Assembly: GCA_035331665.1 (NCBI GenBank)
Contig: DAOLKI010000001.1
Span: 1-38,875, forward strand
Direction of reading: 5' to 3'
DNA length: 38,875 bases
Source of the DNA: Rhodocyclaceae bacterium
Lineage (GTDB): Bacteria; Pseudomonadota; Gammaproteobacteria; Burkholderiales; Rhodocyclaceae
The translations under genes and the position numbers were made by a program. The notes under the pieces are model-generated. The model was not told the DNA's origin and made no database searches. It worked only from the letters and a program-made list of their open reading frames with translations. Of this stretch, positions 24,171 to 35,443 are shown piece by piece (positions within the stretch are counted from its first letter, which is position 1; each line of letters begins with the position of its first letter).

Positions 24171-24179
24171 TGCTAGAAT
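24171..24179 (+). promoter_or_regulatory. possible extended -10 promoter for the mla operon
   Basis: TGCTAGAAT (TGnTAnAAT) lies 30 nt upstream of the proposed mlaF GTG start. It is immediately preceded by the palindrome GAGCCGC-GG-GCGGCTC (24155-24170). Confidence 0.3.
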
Positions 24180-24208
24180 GCCGAGGTTTTTTGTTTGGAA
24201 ACCGTGCC

Positions 24209-25024
24209 GTGTCCGGGGAACCCCTGGTCGAAATCCGAAACCTCAATTTTTCCTATGATGGGCGCCCCGTCCTGACCGGAATCAACATGGTGATTCCGCG
24301 CGGCAAGGTGGTGGCGATCATGGGACAGAGCGGTTGCGGCAAAACCACGACGTTGCGCCTCATAGGAGGGCAGTTGAAACCCACGAGCGGGCACGTGAAG
24401 GTGGACGGCCAGGTGGTGCACGAACTGGACGACCAGGGCCTCTACCGGCTGCGCCGCCGGATGGGCATGCTGTTCCAGTTCGGCGCCCTGTTCACGGATA
24501 TGTCGGTGTTCGATAACGTGGCCTTCCAGTTGCGGGAGCACACCGACCTTCCGGAGGACCTGATCCGCGATCTGGTCATGATGAAGCTCCACGCCGTAGG
24601 CCTCCGTGGCGCCCACCGGTTGATGCCTTCCGAGTTGTCCGGTGGCATGGCGCGGCGGGTGGCCCTGGCCCGTGCGATCGCCCTCGATCCGATGCTCATC
24701 ATGTACGACGAGCCCTTCGCCGGCCTGGACCCGATTTCCCTCTCGATCATCGGTGAGTTGATCCGTACCCTGACCGAGGCCCTCGGCGCGAGCTCGGTCG
24801 TCGTGACCCACGACGTGCAGGAATCCCTGAAGATCGTCGATTACGTCTACTTCGTCTCGGCAGGCCGCATCGTCGCCGAGGGTACGGCGGAGGAGATCCG
24901 CCGTTCCGACGCGCCGTACGTGCACCAGTTCGTCTGGGGCGAGGCGGACGGCCCGGTGCCGTTCCAGTACCCGGCGCCGTCGTACGCGGAACAGATACTT
25001 CCAGCGGCGGCACTCAATGGATAA
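24209..25024 (+). CDS. mlaF: phospholipid ABC transporter ATP-binding protein MlaF
   Basis: In-frame GTG at 24209 ([16 protein letters not shown]...). Motifs present: Walker [10 protein letters not shown], signature [14 protein letters not shown] and Walker [13 protein letters not shown]. It is followed by mlaE and mlaD. The start is uncertain; TTG 24191 is an alternative. Confidence 0.85.
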   Translation: MSGEPLVEIRNLNFSYDGRPVLTGINMVIPRGKVVAIMGQSGCGKTTTLRLIGGQLKPTSGHVKVDGQVVHELDDQGLYRLRRRMGMLFQFGALFTDMSVFDNVAFQLREHTDLPEDLIRDLVMMKLHAVGLRGAHRLMPSELSGGMARRVALARAIALDPMLIMYDEPFAGLDPISLSIIGELIRTLTEALGASSVVVTHDVQESLKIVDYVYFVSAGRIVAEGTAEEIRRSDAPYVHQFVWGEADGPVPFQYPAPSYAEQILPAAALNG

Positions 25025-25811
25025 CGCGATCACCCGCGTCCTGACCAATCTGGGCCACAAGGTCACATCCCGAATCCGGCGGCTCGGATTCGCCAGCCGC
25101 TTCTTCGCCATGACCCTGGTGTATTCCGGGACGGCGCTGAAACGTTTCCATCTGACGATCCGCGAGATTTATTTCACCGGCGTCCTCTCCCTGATCATCA
25201 TCCTCGTATCCGGCCTCTTCGTCGGGATGGTATTGGGTCTGCAGGGCTACGATACCCTGCAGCGCTACGGGTCCTCCGAGGCCCTCGGCATCCTCGTGGC
25301 TCTGTCGCTGGTGCGCGAATTGGGGCCCGTTGTGGCCGCACTGCTTTTCGCCAGCCGGGCGGGATCGGCCATCACAGCCGAAATCGGGCTGATGAAGGCA
25401 ACCGAGCAGTTGTCGGCCATGGAAATGATGGCGGTAAACCCGATCGCCCGTGTCGTTGCCCCCCGTTTCTGGGCAGGAATCATCTCCATGCCGTTGCTCG
25501 CGGCCCTGTTCTCCGCCATGGGCATCTTCGGCGGCTACCTGGTGGGGGTCCAGCTCATCGGGGTGGACGAGGGGTCCTTCTGGTCCCAGATGCAGGCTTC
25601 CGTCGATTTCCGCGAGGACATCGTCAACGGGGTCATCAAGAGCTTCGTCTTCGGCGTCATCGTCACCTGGATCGCCGTCTTCGAGGGATACGACTCGGAG
25701 CCCACCGCGGAAGGCGTTTCGGGGGCGACCACCCGCACCGTCGTCACTTCGTCCCTGGCCATCCTGGCCGCCGATTTCATCCTAACCGCTTTCATGTTCC
25801 GGGGTGTCTGA
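25017..25811 (+). CDS. mlaE: phospholipid ABC transporter permease MlaE
   Basis: 264 aa with the typical MlaE sequence ([45 protein letters not shown]). It overlaps the end of mlaF by 8 nt. Confidence 0.9.
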   Translation: MDNAITRVLTNLGHKVTSRIRRLGFASRFFAMTLVYSGTALKRFHLTIREIYFTGVLSLIIILVSGLFVGMVLGLQGYDTLQRYGSSEALGILVALSLVRELGPVVAALLFASRAGSAITAEIGLMKATEQLSAMEMMAVNPIARVVAPRFWAGIISMPLLAALFSAMGIFGGYLVGVQLIGVDEGSFWSQMQASVDFREDIVNGVIKSFVFGVIVTWIAVFEGYDSEPTAEGVSGATTRTVVTSSLAILAADFILTAFMFRGV

Positions 25812-25814
25812 ACC

Positions 25815-26285
25815 ATGAATCGTGCCGCGATTGACCTTTGGGTAGGCTTCTTCGTTGCCATCGGCCTCGCCTCCCTGTTGTTTTTGGCCCTGAAAGTGGG
25901 AAATTTGGCATCTTCGAGCACGGGCGAGACGTACCGGCTGATGGCTGAATTTGATAACATCGGCGGCCTGAAGGTGCGGGCACCCGTGAAAAGCGCCGGG
26001 GTCGTGGTCGGGCGGGTGGCGGAAATCCGCTTTGACCAGGAGTCATATCGGGCGGTCGTCTCGATGCAACTGGACCAGCGGTTCAAGTTTCCGCGCGACA
26101 CCATTCTGACCATCAACACCTCGGGTCTGCTCGGGGAGCAGTACATCGGTTTCGAGGTCGGTGGCGACACCGAAATGCTGAAGGACGGTGAAAAGGTCAA
26201 GAAGACGCAGTCGGCCGTCGTCCTGGAAAAACTGATCAGCCAGTTCATGTTCAACAAGGCGGCCGAAGACGGCGGCAAGAAGTGA
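25815..26285 (+). CDS. mlaD: MCE-domain substrate-binding protein MlaD
   Basis: 156 aa with an N-terminal TM and an MCE core (YRLMAEFDNIGGLKVRAPVKSAGVVVGRVAEIRFD). Confidence 0.85.
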   Translation: MNRAAIDLWVGFFVAIGLASLLFLALKVGNLASSSTGETYRLMAEFDNIGGLKVRAPVKSAGVVVGRVAEIRFDQESYRAVVSMQLDQRFKFPRDTILTINTSGLLGEQYIGFEVGGDTEMLKDGEKVKKTQSAVVLEKLISQFMFNKAAEDGGKK

Positions 26286-26292
26286 GGCGGCG

Positions 26293-27108
26293 ATGCAGCG
26301 CGACAACGAGGAAATGACCATGGCAGGAAACCCCCTGCGCCGGCGCCTGGGTGCCTTGGCGGCAGCCCTCGCCGTGGGAGGCCTGCTCGGCGGATGCGCC
26401 ACCTCCGGCAATCCGAAGGATCCGATCGAGGGTTTCAATCGGGCCATGTTCGCCTTCAACGAGGGTGTCGACACCGTCGTCATCAAACCTGTCTCCACCG
26501 CCTACGACTACGTCCTTCCCGCGCCGATCAAGACCGGCGTCTCCAACTTCTTCGCCAACATCGGCGACGTGTTCATCGCCGTCAACAACCTGCTCCAGGG
26601 CAAGGTGCCGGAGGCCGCCTCGGATGCCGGCCGGTTCGTTGTGAACTCGACGATCGGGTTGCTCGGCGTCATCGACGTGGCGTCGGACATGGGTCTCGAG
26701 AAGCACAACGAGGATTTCGGCCAGACTTTCGGCCGGTGGGGCGTGGGCAGCGGTGCCTACGTGGTCGTGCCGTTCTTCGGGCCGCGTACCGTGCGCGACA
26801 CCGTCGGACTGATCCTGGACGTCAAGACGGATCCGGTCGGGTATGTCGACCACATTCCGACCCGTAATACCCTGTATGCCCTGCGCGTCGTCAGCGATCG
26901 TGCGGCGCTGCTGCCGGCCGACAAGGTGATCGAAGAGGCGGCGCTGGACAAGTATTCCTACATACGCGATGGCTACCTGCAGCGGCGGCGGAACCTCATT
27001 CACGATGGCAATCCGCCCCGGGAGCAGGACGCGGCCTTGGACGAGGACCGGAAGCTCGCGGCCGACCATGCCGCGCAGCCGGCGGGCCCGCTGGCTGCGG
27101 CGCGCTGA
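26293..27108 (+). CDS. mlaA: outer-membrane lipoprotein MlaA/VacJ
   Basis: Lipobox LLGGC followed by DPIEGFNRAMFAFNEGVD, the hallmark VacJ N-terminus. The true start may be an internal Met at 26314 or 26320. Confidence 0.85.
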   Translation: MQRDNEEMTMAGNPLRRRLGALAAALAVGGLLGGCATSGNPKDPIEGFNRAMFAFNEGVDTVVIKPVSTAYDYVLPAPIKTGVSNFFANIGDVFIAVNNLLQGKVPEAASDAGRFVVNSTIGLLGVIDVASDMGLEKHNEDFGQTFGRWGVGSGAYVVVPFFGPRTVRDTVGLILDVKTDPVGYVDHIPTRNTLYALRVVSDRAALLPADKVIEEAALDKYSYIRDGYLQRRRNLIHDGNPPREQDAALDEDRKLAADHAAQPAGPLAAAR

Positions 27109-27127
27109 TTCGATACAAGGATTTTCC

Positions 27128-27736
27128 ATGAAGTGGCTTTTCGCGGGCCTCGCGGCTCTCTGTATTTCCGTTAACGTCGGTGCCCAGGAGGCCGTGGCGC
27201 CGGATGTCCTGGTCAGGAACGTCACCACCGAGGTGCTGGAAATCGTGCGCAAGGACAGGGACATACAGTCCGGGAGCCACCGCAAGGCCATCGATCTGGT
27301 GGAGGCAAAGGTCCTGCCGCATTTCAATTTCGCGCGCATGGCGCAACTCGCCACGGCACGGGACTGGCGGCAGGCGAGTCCGGCCCAGCAGAAGGCGCTG
27401 ACGGACGAGTTCCGCACGCTCCTGGTGCGCACCTACTCGAAGGCCTTGACCGAATACCGCAGCCAGACGATCGATTACAAGCCCCTGAAGGCCCAGCCCG
27501 GCGACATGGACGTCAGGGTCCGCACCGAGATCAAGCAGTCGGGTGCAAAGCCCATTGAGCTCGACTACTCCCTCGAGAAGACCGCTTCAGGCTGGAAGGT
27601 CTATGACATCGAGGTGGGCGGCGTCAGCTTGGTGACGAACTATCGGGAGACGTTTGCCACCGAAATCCGCAACAATGGAATCGACGGTCTGATCAAGACG
27701 CTGCAGACCAAGAACCAGGGCAGCGAAAAGAAATGA
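27128..27736 (+). CDS. mlaC: periplasmic phospholipid-binding protein MlaC (Ttg2D family)
   Basis: The ATG at 27128 gives MKWLFAGLAALCISVNVGAQE, a signal peptide. The body contains LPHFNFARMAQLATARDWRQASPAQQKALTDEFRTLLVRTYS. Confidence 0.85.
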   Translation: MKWLFAGLAALCISVNVGAQEAVAPDVLVRNVTTEVLEIVRKDRDIQSGSHRKAIDLVEAKVLPHFNFARMAQLATARDWRQASPAQQKALTDEFRTLLVRTYSKALTEYRSQTIDYKPLKAQPGDMDVRVRTEIKQSGAKPIELDYSLEKTASGWKVYDIEVGGVSLVTNYRETFATEIRNNGIDGLIKTLQTKNQGSEKK

Positions 27737-28017
27737 TCCGTGTTGCCGGAGATCGCATCCAGGTTTCCGGGCCGATGACCCTCGACGGGGCCACCCGGTT
27801 GCTCGCGGAGGGCACTGCCGCTTTGGCGGCGCCCGCCTGCTTCTTCGACCTCGCGGAAGTCACCGGCGTTGACTCCTCCGGATTGGCCGTCGTTTTTGGT
27901 TGGGTGCGCGCCGGCAAGGGCAAAGGGGCAGACGTCCGGGTGTTGAATGCACCTCGCGATCTGCTCAGTCTGGCCGAGGTATACGGGGTCGCCGAACTCC
28001 TTCCCGTTGCGGGCTGA
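27733..28017 (+). CDS. mlaB: STAS-domain protein MlaB
   Basis: 94 aa. It overlaps the mlaC stop by 4 nt. The STAS-like pattern is present (FDLAEVTGVDSSGLAVVFGWVR), and the position is canonical. Confidence 0.75.
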   Translation: MIRVAGDRIQVSGPMTLDGATRLLAEGTAALAAPACFFDLAEVTGVDSSGLAVVFGWVRAGKGKGADVRVLNAPRDLLSLAEVYGVAELLPVAG

Positions 28018-28095
28018 GTTCGTTCAACCGCGGTTCGATTGACTTCGGGCCTCGCGCCGGAATTGCCTTTCCCGAACCTGCTGACCGTCCTGTCC

Positions 28096-29001
28096 ATGAT
28101 TCCCGCCATCCGCGTTTCCGGTGTCTCCAAGCGTTTCGGCCCCACCCTGGCCCTGGACGACGTCAACCTGGAAATACCCCGCGGAGAGTTCTTCGGCCTT
28201 CTTGGACCCAACGGCGCGGGGAAGACGACCTTGATCTCCGCCCTTGCCGGGCTCGTGCGTCCCGATGCCGGCCGCCTGGAGGTCATGGGGTTCGGAGTGC
28301 ACACCGACTACCGGCAGGCCCGCCGCCAACTCGGCGTCGTTCCGCAGGAACTGGTGTTCGATCCCTTCTTTTCGGTGCGCGAGACCCTGCGCATCCAGTC
28401 GGGGTATTTCGGGATACGGGACAATGAGGCCTGGATCGATGAGATCCTGGAGAATCTGGACCTGATGCCCAAGGCGGATGCCAACATGCGCACCCTCTCC
28501 GGGGGCATGAAGCGTCGCGTCCTCGTCGCCCAGGCGCTCGTCCATCGTCCTCCCGTGATCGTCCTCGACGAGCCGACCGCAGGCGTGGATGTGGAGCTTC
28601 GCCAGACGCTATGGCGCTTCATCCGCCGCCTCAATGCGGATGGCCACACCATCGTCCTGACGACCCATTACCTTGAAGAGGCCGAGAGCTTCTGTACCCG
28701 CATCGCCATGCTGAAGCAGGGCCGCATCGTCGCCCTGGACAGCACCCGCAATCTGTTGCGCCGCTTCTCGGCCCACGCGCTTCGTTTCCGCCTGGCCAGG
28801 GGTGTGCTGCCTGCGGGTCTCGCCGAGCGGGCCAATGAGGAGGCGGGGCTGTGGAGCGTTGAATTCGACCGGTTCGACGAGGTCGAGACCCTCCTCGCCG
28901 TCCTGCGTGATGCGGGATGCATTCTCGAGGACCTGGAAATCGGGAAGCCGGATCTGGAGGAGGTCTTCGTGCGCGTCATGAATCCGGCGGAGGCCCTGTG
29001 A
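28096..29001 (+). CDS. ABC transporter ATP-binding protein (ABC-2 exporter type, YadG-like)
   Basis: The ATG at 28096 gives MIPAIRVSGVSKRFG. Motifs present: Walker A GPNGAGKTT, signature LSGGMKRRVLVAQA and Walker B VIVLDEPTAGVD. Confidence 0.85.
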   Translation: MIPAIRVSGVSKRFGPTLALDDVNLEIPRGEFFGLLGPNGAGKTTLISALAGLVRPDAGRLEVMGFGVHTDYRQARRQLGVVPQELVFDPFFSVRETLRIQSGYFGIRDNEAWIDEILENLDLMPKADANMRTLSGGMKRRVLVAQALVHRPPVIVLDEPTAGVDVELRQTLWRFIRRLNADGHTIVLTTHYLEEAESFCTRIAMLKQGRIVALDSTRNLLRRFSAHALRFRLARGVLPAGLAERANEEAGLWSVEFDRFDEVETLLAVLRDAGCILEDLEIGKPDLEEVFVRVMNPAEAL

Positions 29002-29026
29002 GCCTGGCCCCTGTCGCCGCCGGCCC

Positions 29027-29310
29027 CGGTTTCGGGGAAAGGGGGGAGCGCGAGCGCTCCCCTGCGGAGACAGGATGGGCCATCCCCCCGGCCCCCCTTC
29101 CAGGGGAAGGAGGGTGACGCCTGTGCGCGGACAGCGCCCGCTCCGCGGCATTGGCTTGCCGCCTGCTTGGGGCGGCCCGGCGGCGGCCTTTATCGCCCTC
29201 ATCCCCCGCCACCCCGCTTCCCGGGGAAGGGGGGTGACGTCGGTGCGCGGGCATTGCCCGCTCGGGGGCGCGGGCTGGCCGACTCCTTGGGCCGGCCCGG
29301 CGGAGGCGGC
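29027..29310. repeat. tandem GC-rich intergenic repeat (two units of about 110 nt with a 120-nt period, plus a degenerate third core)
   Basis: Unit A is 29081-29188 and unit B is 29200-29310. Blocks 29091-29180 and 29211-29300 align without gaps at an offset of 120, with 72 of 90 positions identical by hand count. The core GGGGAAGG(A/G)GGGTGACG recurs at 29103 and 29223, and a degenerate copy GGGGAAAGGGGGGAGCG occurs at 29033. Hairpins are present: CCTTCC-AGG-GGAAGG, CTTCCC-G-GGGAAG and GGGGAGCGC-GA-GCGCTCCCC. Confidence 0.75.
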
Positions 29311-30063
29311 GTGAGCGGTTTCACGACACTCCTCTACAAGGAAGTATTGCGGTTCTGGAAGGTGGCCTTCCAGACCATCGCCGCGCCCGTGCTCACGGCG
29401 ATGCTGTACCTGCTGATCTTCTCCCACGTCCTGGAGGAGCACGTGAAGGTGCACGGCGTGCCGTACTCCTCCTTCCTGGTGCCGGGCCTCGTCATGATGT
29501 CCGTCCTGCAGAACGCGTTCGCCAATTCCTCATCCTCCCTGATCCAATCCAAAGTGACGGGAAGCATCGTCTTCGTGCTGCTTCCCCCCATCTCGTATCC
29601 GGCGTTCTGGGCGGCGTACGTGGGGGCGGCGGTGGTCCGTGGCCTTTGCGTCGGATTGGGCGTGTTGCTGGCCACCCTATGGTTTGCCCGGCTCGGTTTC
29701 GCGGCGCCCGCCTGGATCATCGTGTTCGCCCTCCTGGGCGGCGGCATCCTGGGGACCTTGGGGGTCATCGCCGGCATCTGGGCCGACAAATTCGACCAAC
29801 TCGCGGCTTTCCAGAACTTCCTGATAATGCCACTGACATTTCTTTCCGGGGTCTTTTATTCCGTCCATTCCCTGCCGCCCTTCTGGCAGCGGGTGTCGGC
29901 ATGGAACCCGGTCTTCTACATGATCGACGGCTTCCGTTACGGGTTCTTCGGCGTTTCCGACGCTTCCCCGTGGACCAGCCTCGCGGTCGTCGGCGGCTTC
30001 TTCGTCGCACTTTCCGCTCTCACCCTGGCCCTGCTGCGCCGGGGCTACAAGCTGAGAGCCTAG
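29311..30063 (+). CDS. ABC-2 type transporter permease (YadH-like)
   Basis: The GTG at 29311 gives MSGFTTLLYKEVLRFWKVAFQTIAAPVL, and a GGAGG lies 4 nt upstream. There are six hydrophobic segments. The ORF-track extension back to 29167 only reads through the repeat. Confidence 0.8.
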   Translation: MSGFTTLLYKEVLRFWKVAFQTIAAPVLTAMLYLLIFSHVLEEHVKVHGVPYSSFLVPGLVMMSVLQNAFANSSSSLIQSKVTGSIVFVLLPPISYPAFWAAYVGAAVVRGLCVGLGVLLATLWFARLGFAAPAWIIVFALLGGGILGTLGVIAGIWADKFDQLAAFQNFLIMPLTFLSGVFYSVHSLPPFWQRVSAWNPVFYMIDGFRYGFFGVSDASPWTSLAVVGGFFVALSALTLALLRRGYKLRA

Positions 30064-30074
30064 GAGTACCTGCA

Positions 30075-31560
<1,486 letters not shown>

Positions 31561-31583
31561 CCGGTGCGCCGGATAAAATCGGG

Positions 31584-32231
31584 ATGACCATGAGCACCAT
31601 CACCATCGCCCTATCCAAGGGCAGGATCTTCGACGAAACCCTGCCCCTGCTGGCCGCTGCGCGCATTGTGCCGGCCGAGAATCCCGAGTCGTCACGCAAG
31701 CTGATCATCGGCACCAACCGGCCGGAGGTGCGGGTGGTGATCGTGCGGGCGTCCGATGTGCCCACCTACGTCCGGTACGGTGCCGCGGACCTGGGCATCG
31801 CCGGCAAGGACGTGCTGCTGGAGCACGGCGGGACCGGCCTTTACCAGCCGCTCGACCTGCAGATCGCCCGCTGCCGCATGTGTGTGGCCGCCCCGGCCGG
31901 TTTCGACTACCAGGCCGCCGTGCGCCGTGGGGCGCGCCTGCGGGTGGCCACCAAGTACATCGAGGTCGCCCGCGAGCACTTCGCGGCGAAAGGCGTACAC
32001 GTGGACCTGATCAAGCTCTATGGTTCCATGGAACTCGCGCCCCTGGCCGGGCTCGCCGAGGCCATCGTGGACCTGGTCTCGAGCGGCGCGACCCTGAAGG
32101 CCAACAATCTGGTGGAGGTGGAGGAGATCATGCCGATTTCCTCGCGGCTGATCGTGAACCAGGCGTCCATGAAGATGAAACACGACCTGATCCAGCCCGT
32201 TATCGACGCCATTGCCGGAGCCGTCCCATGA
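31584..32231 (+). CDS. hisG: ATP phosphoribosyltransferase HisG (short form)
   Basis: The ATG at 31584 gives [23 protein letters not shown]. The protein is 215 aa and lacks the long-form C-terminal regulatory domain. The motif [12 protein letters not shown] is present. Confidence 0.9.
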   Translation: MTMSTITIALSKGRIFDETLPLLAAARIVPAENPESSRKLIIGTNRPEVRVVIVRASDVPTYVRYGAADLGIAGKDVLLEHGGTGLYQPLDLQIARCRMCVAAPAGFDYQAAVRRGARLRVATKYIEVAREHFAAKGVHVDLIKLYGSMELAPLAGLAEAIVDLVSSGATLKANNLVEVEEIMPISSRLIVNQASMKMKHDLIQPVIDAIAGAVP

Positions 32232-33532
32232 ATGCCCTGCCGCGCCGCCTGTCGACCCGTGATCCGGAGTTTCTGTCCACCCTCGACGCGCTGCTTCATT
32301 TCGATCATTCCGTCGACGATGCGATCGAACGCACCGTTGCCGACATTCTGGCCAACGTCCGTACCGTGGGCGACGAAGCCGTGCTGGACTACACGCGCCG
32401 CTTCGACAGGCTCGATGTGACGACCATGGTCCAGGTGGAACTCGCCCAGGAGGAACTCGCCGCCGCGTTCGCGGGGCTGCCCGCGGTCCAGCGCCAGGCG
32501 CTGGAACTCGCCGCGGGCCGGATTCGTTCCTACCACGAGCGGCAGAGGGCCGAGTCCTGGGAGTACACGGAGGCCGATGGCACGCGGTTGGGGCAGAAGG
32601 TGACGCCTCTCGACCGGGTCGGCCTCTACGTGCCCGGCGGCAAGGCGGCCTACCCGAGTTCGGTCCTGATGAATGCCATCCCTGCCAAGGTGGCCGGCGT
32701 GCGCGAACTGATCATGGTGGTGCCGACACCGCGCGGCGAGAGGAATGCGCTTGTACTGGCAGCCGCCCACCTGGCCGGCGTCGACCGTGTCTTCACCCTG
32801 GGCGGTGCCCAGGCCGTGGGCGCGCTGGCCTACGGCACCCAGACCATCCCCCAGGTGGACAAGATCGTCGGCCCCGGCAACGCCTACGTGGCAAGTGCGA
32901 AGCGCCGCGTCTTCGGCGTCGTCGGCATCGACATGGTGGCCGGACCCTCGGAGGTGTTGGTGATCTCGGACGGCTCCGGCGATCCGGAATGGACGGCCAT
33001 GGACCTCTTCGCCCAGGCGGAACACGACGAGTTGGCGCAGTCCATCCTGCTCTGCCCGGATTCAGCCTATCTGGACCGGGTTGCCGCGCGTATCGGAGAA
33101 CTCCTGCCGACCATGCCCCGACGGCAAGTGATCGCCGCCTCCCTGTCCGGCCGCGGCGCCCTGATCCTGGTCTCGGACTTGGCGGAGGCCTGCGTCATCG
33201 CCAACCGGATTGCGCCGGAACACCTGGAACTGGCGGTCGAGGATCCGCGCGCCTTGCTGGGGCGGATCCGCCATGCCGGCGCCATCTTCATGGGGCACTA
33301 TGCGTCCGAATCCCTGGGCGACTACTGCGCCGGGCCGAACCACGTGCTGCCCACTTCGCGCAGCGCACGCTTCTCCAGTCCCCTGGGCGTCTACGATTTC
33401 CAGAAACGATCGAGCCTGATCGAGGTGTCGGAGGCGGGGGCCATCGCCCTGGGCCCGGTCGCGTCCACGCTTGCCCACGGGGAAGGGCTCACGGCCCACG
33501 CGCGGGCGGCGGAATTGCGGCTGGGCCGGTAA
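32228..33532 (+). CDS. hisD: histidinol dehydrogenase HisD
   Basis: The ATG at 32228 overlaps the hisG stop (ATGA). The 434-aa protein contains [36 protein letters not shown] and [13 protein letters not shown]. Confidence 0.95.
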   Translation: MNALPRRLSTRDPEFLSTLDALLHFDHSVDDAIERTVADILANVRTVGDEAVLDYTRRFDRLDVTTMVQVELAQEELAAAFAGLPAVQRQALELAAGRIRSYHERQRAESWEYTEADGTRLGQKVTPLDRVGLYVPGGKAAYPSSVLMNAIPAKVAGVRELIMVVPTPRGERNALVLAAAHLAGVDRVFTLGGAQAVGALAYGTQTIPQVDKIVGPGNAYVASAKRRVFGVVGIDMVAGPSEVLVISDGSGDPEWTAMDLFAQAEHDELAQSILLCPDSAYLDRVAARIGELLPTMPRRQVIAASLSGRGALILVSDLAEACVIANRIAPEHLELAVEDPRALLGRIRHAGAIFMGHYASESLGDYCAGPNHVLPTSRSARFSSPLGVYDFQKRSSLIEVSEAGAIALGPVASTLAHGEGLTAHARAAELRLGR

Positions 33533-33545
33533 GGCCGATTCGCGC

Positions 33546-33562
33546 CCCGCCGACGCGGCGGG
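33546..33562. terminator. hairpin between the convergent hisD and hisC stops
   Basis: CCCGCCG-ACG-CGGCGGG, a 7-bp GC stem in the 45-nt gap between the stops at 33532 and 33578. There is no clear U-tract on either strand. Confidence 0.35.
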
Positions 33563-33577
33563 TTCGCGCGAAACGGT

Positions 33578-34651
33578 CTAGCGGAGAATGTCGCGCAGGG
33601 CTTCGGTCAGGGCGCCGCACTGCGCGTCGGTGCCCACCGTGATCCGCAGGAACTGATCGATACGCGGCAACCGGAAGTGACGCACGATGATGCTGCGCTC
33701 CCGCAGGGCCCGGGCCAGTTCGCCGGCATCGCGTGCCGGGTGGCGGACGAACACGAAGTTGGCTGCCGAGGGGATGACCTGAAATCCGAGTCCTGCGAGG
33801 GCGGCCACCAGGGCGGTGCGACTGCGGATCACGGCGTGGCGGGTGCGATCGAACCACTCCCGGTCCTCCATGGCCGCGACCGCACCGGCTAGGGCCAGCC
33901 GGCCCAGCGGATAGGAGTTGAAGCTGTTCTTGACCCGTTCCAGCCCCTCGATCAGATGCGGCTGTCCGATGGCGAACCCGACGCGCAGGCCGGCCAGGCT
34001 GCGCGACTTCGACAGGGTCTGGACGACCAGCAGATTGGGATGTCGGCCCACGAGGGGCACTGCCGACTGGCCCCCGAAATCCACGTAGGCCTCGTCGACC
34101 ACGACCACGGAACCGGCGTTGCCGGCGACGATGCGTTCCAGTTCACCCATCGCCAGGGCCCGGCCCGTGGGCGCATTCGGGTTGGCAAAAATGACACCGC
34201 CATTAGGCCGGAGGTAGTCCGCGGGGCGCAGCGCGAAATCGTCGTCCAGCGGCACGGTCTCGTGGGCGATCCCGTATAGCCCGCAATACACCGGATAGAA
34301 ACTGTAGGTGATGTCCGGGAAGAGCAGGGGCCGGTCATGCTTGAGCAGGCCCAGGAACACGTGGGCAAGGACCTCGTCCGAGCCGTTGCCGACGAAGACC
34401 TCCCGCGGCGAGATGCCGCCGAAGAAGCCGGCGACGGCCTCCTTCAGGCGTTCGGCATTGGGGTCCGGATAGAGCCTCAGGCCGTCGCCGACCTCGCCGC
34501 GCAGGGCTTCGAGGACCCGCGGGCTCGGGCCGTAGGGATTCTCGTTGGTGTTGAGCTTGACGAGATTGGCGAGCTTCGGTTGCTCGCCGGGGACATAGGG
34601 CGAAAGGCCGCGGACGACGGGGCTCCAATACGGGTTCTGGGGAGCGTTCAT
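33578..34651 (-). CDS. hisC: histidinol-phosphate aminotransferase HisC (encoded opposite to the rest of the his cluster)
   Basis: The ATG at 34651 gives [26 protein letters not shown]. The 357-aa protein contains [13 protein letters not shown] and the PLP-lysine context [19 protein letters not shown]. Confidence 0.9.
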   Translation of the reverse strand: MNAPQNPYWSPVVRGLSPYVPGEQPKLANLVKLNTNENPYGPSPRVLEALRGEVGDGLRLYPDPNAERLKEAVAGFFGGISPREVFVGNGSDEVLAHVFLGLLKHDRPLLFPDITYSFYPVYCGLYGIAHETVPLDDDFALRPADYLRPNGGVIFANPNAPTGRALAMGELERIVAGNAGSVVVVDEAYVDFGGQSAVPLVGRHPNLLVVQTLSKSRSLAGLRVGFAIGQPHLIEGLERVKNSFNSYPLGRLALAGAVAAMEDREWFDRTRHAVIRSRTALVAALAGLGFQVIPSAANFVFVRHPARDAGELARALRERSIIVRHFRLPRIDQFLRITVGTDAQCGALTEALRDILR

Positions 34652-34782
34652 ACGACGATGCGAATCGTGTGGATCGTTAGGAAGGAACAGGCTGAAGCCC
34701 ATCGGCGCCGTAGGCGTCCGGCAGGCCGGAAAGGCCCGAAATGGTATCATGCAGCGACCCGCAACCGGACCCCGCAGCGGCC

Positions 34783-35367
34783 ATGCGCCAAGCCGAAATC
34801 ATCCGAAATACGTTGGAAACCCAGATACGGGTCGCCGTGGACCTGGACGGCACCGGCAAGTCGAATCTTGCCACTGGCATAGGGTTCCTGGATCACATGC
34901 TCGACCAGATTGCGCGCCACGGGTTGATCGACCTGACGGTGGAAGCGAAGGGGGACCTGCACATCGACGGGCATCACACTACCGAGGACGTGGGTATTGC
35001 GCTTGGCCAGGCGTTGGGCCGGGCCTGGGGCGACAAGAAGGGATTGCGCCGTTACGGGCACGCATACGTCCCGCTGGACGAAGCCCTCTCGCGGGTCGTG
35101 GTCGACCTTTCCGGCCGTCCGGGACTCGTGTTTCATGTGCCCTTTGCCCGTGCCGCCATCGGCGAGTTCGACGTTGATCTCGTGCGGGAGTTCTTCCAGG
35201 GCCTCGTGAACCATGCCTGCATCACCCTGCACATCGACAATCTGCGGGGGGAGAACGCGCACCACCAGGCGGAGACGGTCTTCAAGGCCTTTGCGCGCGC
35301 ACTGCGCACGGCGGTGGAGTCCGATCCCCGCGGCGGCGGAATCCCCTCCACCAAGGGAAGCCTCTGA
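34783..35367 (+). CDS. hisB: imidazoleglycerol-phosphate dehydratase HisB
   Basis: The ATG at 34783 gives [25 protein letters not shown]. The protein contains [30 protein letters not shown] and [18 protein letters not shown]. Confidence 0.9.
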   Translation: MRQAEIIRNTLETQIRVAVDLDGTGKSNLATGIGFLDHMLDQIARHGLIDLTVEAKGDLHIDGHHTTEDVGIALGQALGRAWGDKKGLRRYGHAYVPLDEALSRVVVDLSGRPGLVFHVPFARAAIGEFDVDLVREFFQGLVNHACITLHIDNLRGENAHHQAETVFKAFARALRTAVESDPRGGGIPSTKGSL

Positions 35368-35443
35368 GGGGCCGCCTGTCGCCCCGCTCCAACCTGGTCC
35401 GCAATCCAAGCGCTCAACTCCGGAAATTCCCCGAGGTGTCGTG

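Noticed and set aside
29002-29310. Possibility that the repeats form a CRISPR array or encode a protein (minus ORF 28976-29254 with the repeated AHRRHPPSPG; minus ORF 28609-29454).
   Set aside because: The period is 120 nt, with only 2-3 diverged copies and no alternation of short repeats and unique spacers. The ORFs merely read through the repeat, overlap the ABC ATPase gene and are Pro/Arg/Gly-rich.
33536-34667. 8-nt inverted repeat (CGATTCGC / GCGAATCG) flanking hisC, considered as the recombination site for the inversion.
   Set aside because: With flanks of about 45 and 130 nt, an 8-mer inverted match is expected by chance at roughly the ten-percent level. It is mentioned in the hisC finding but not treated as evidence.
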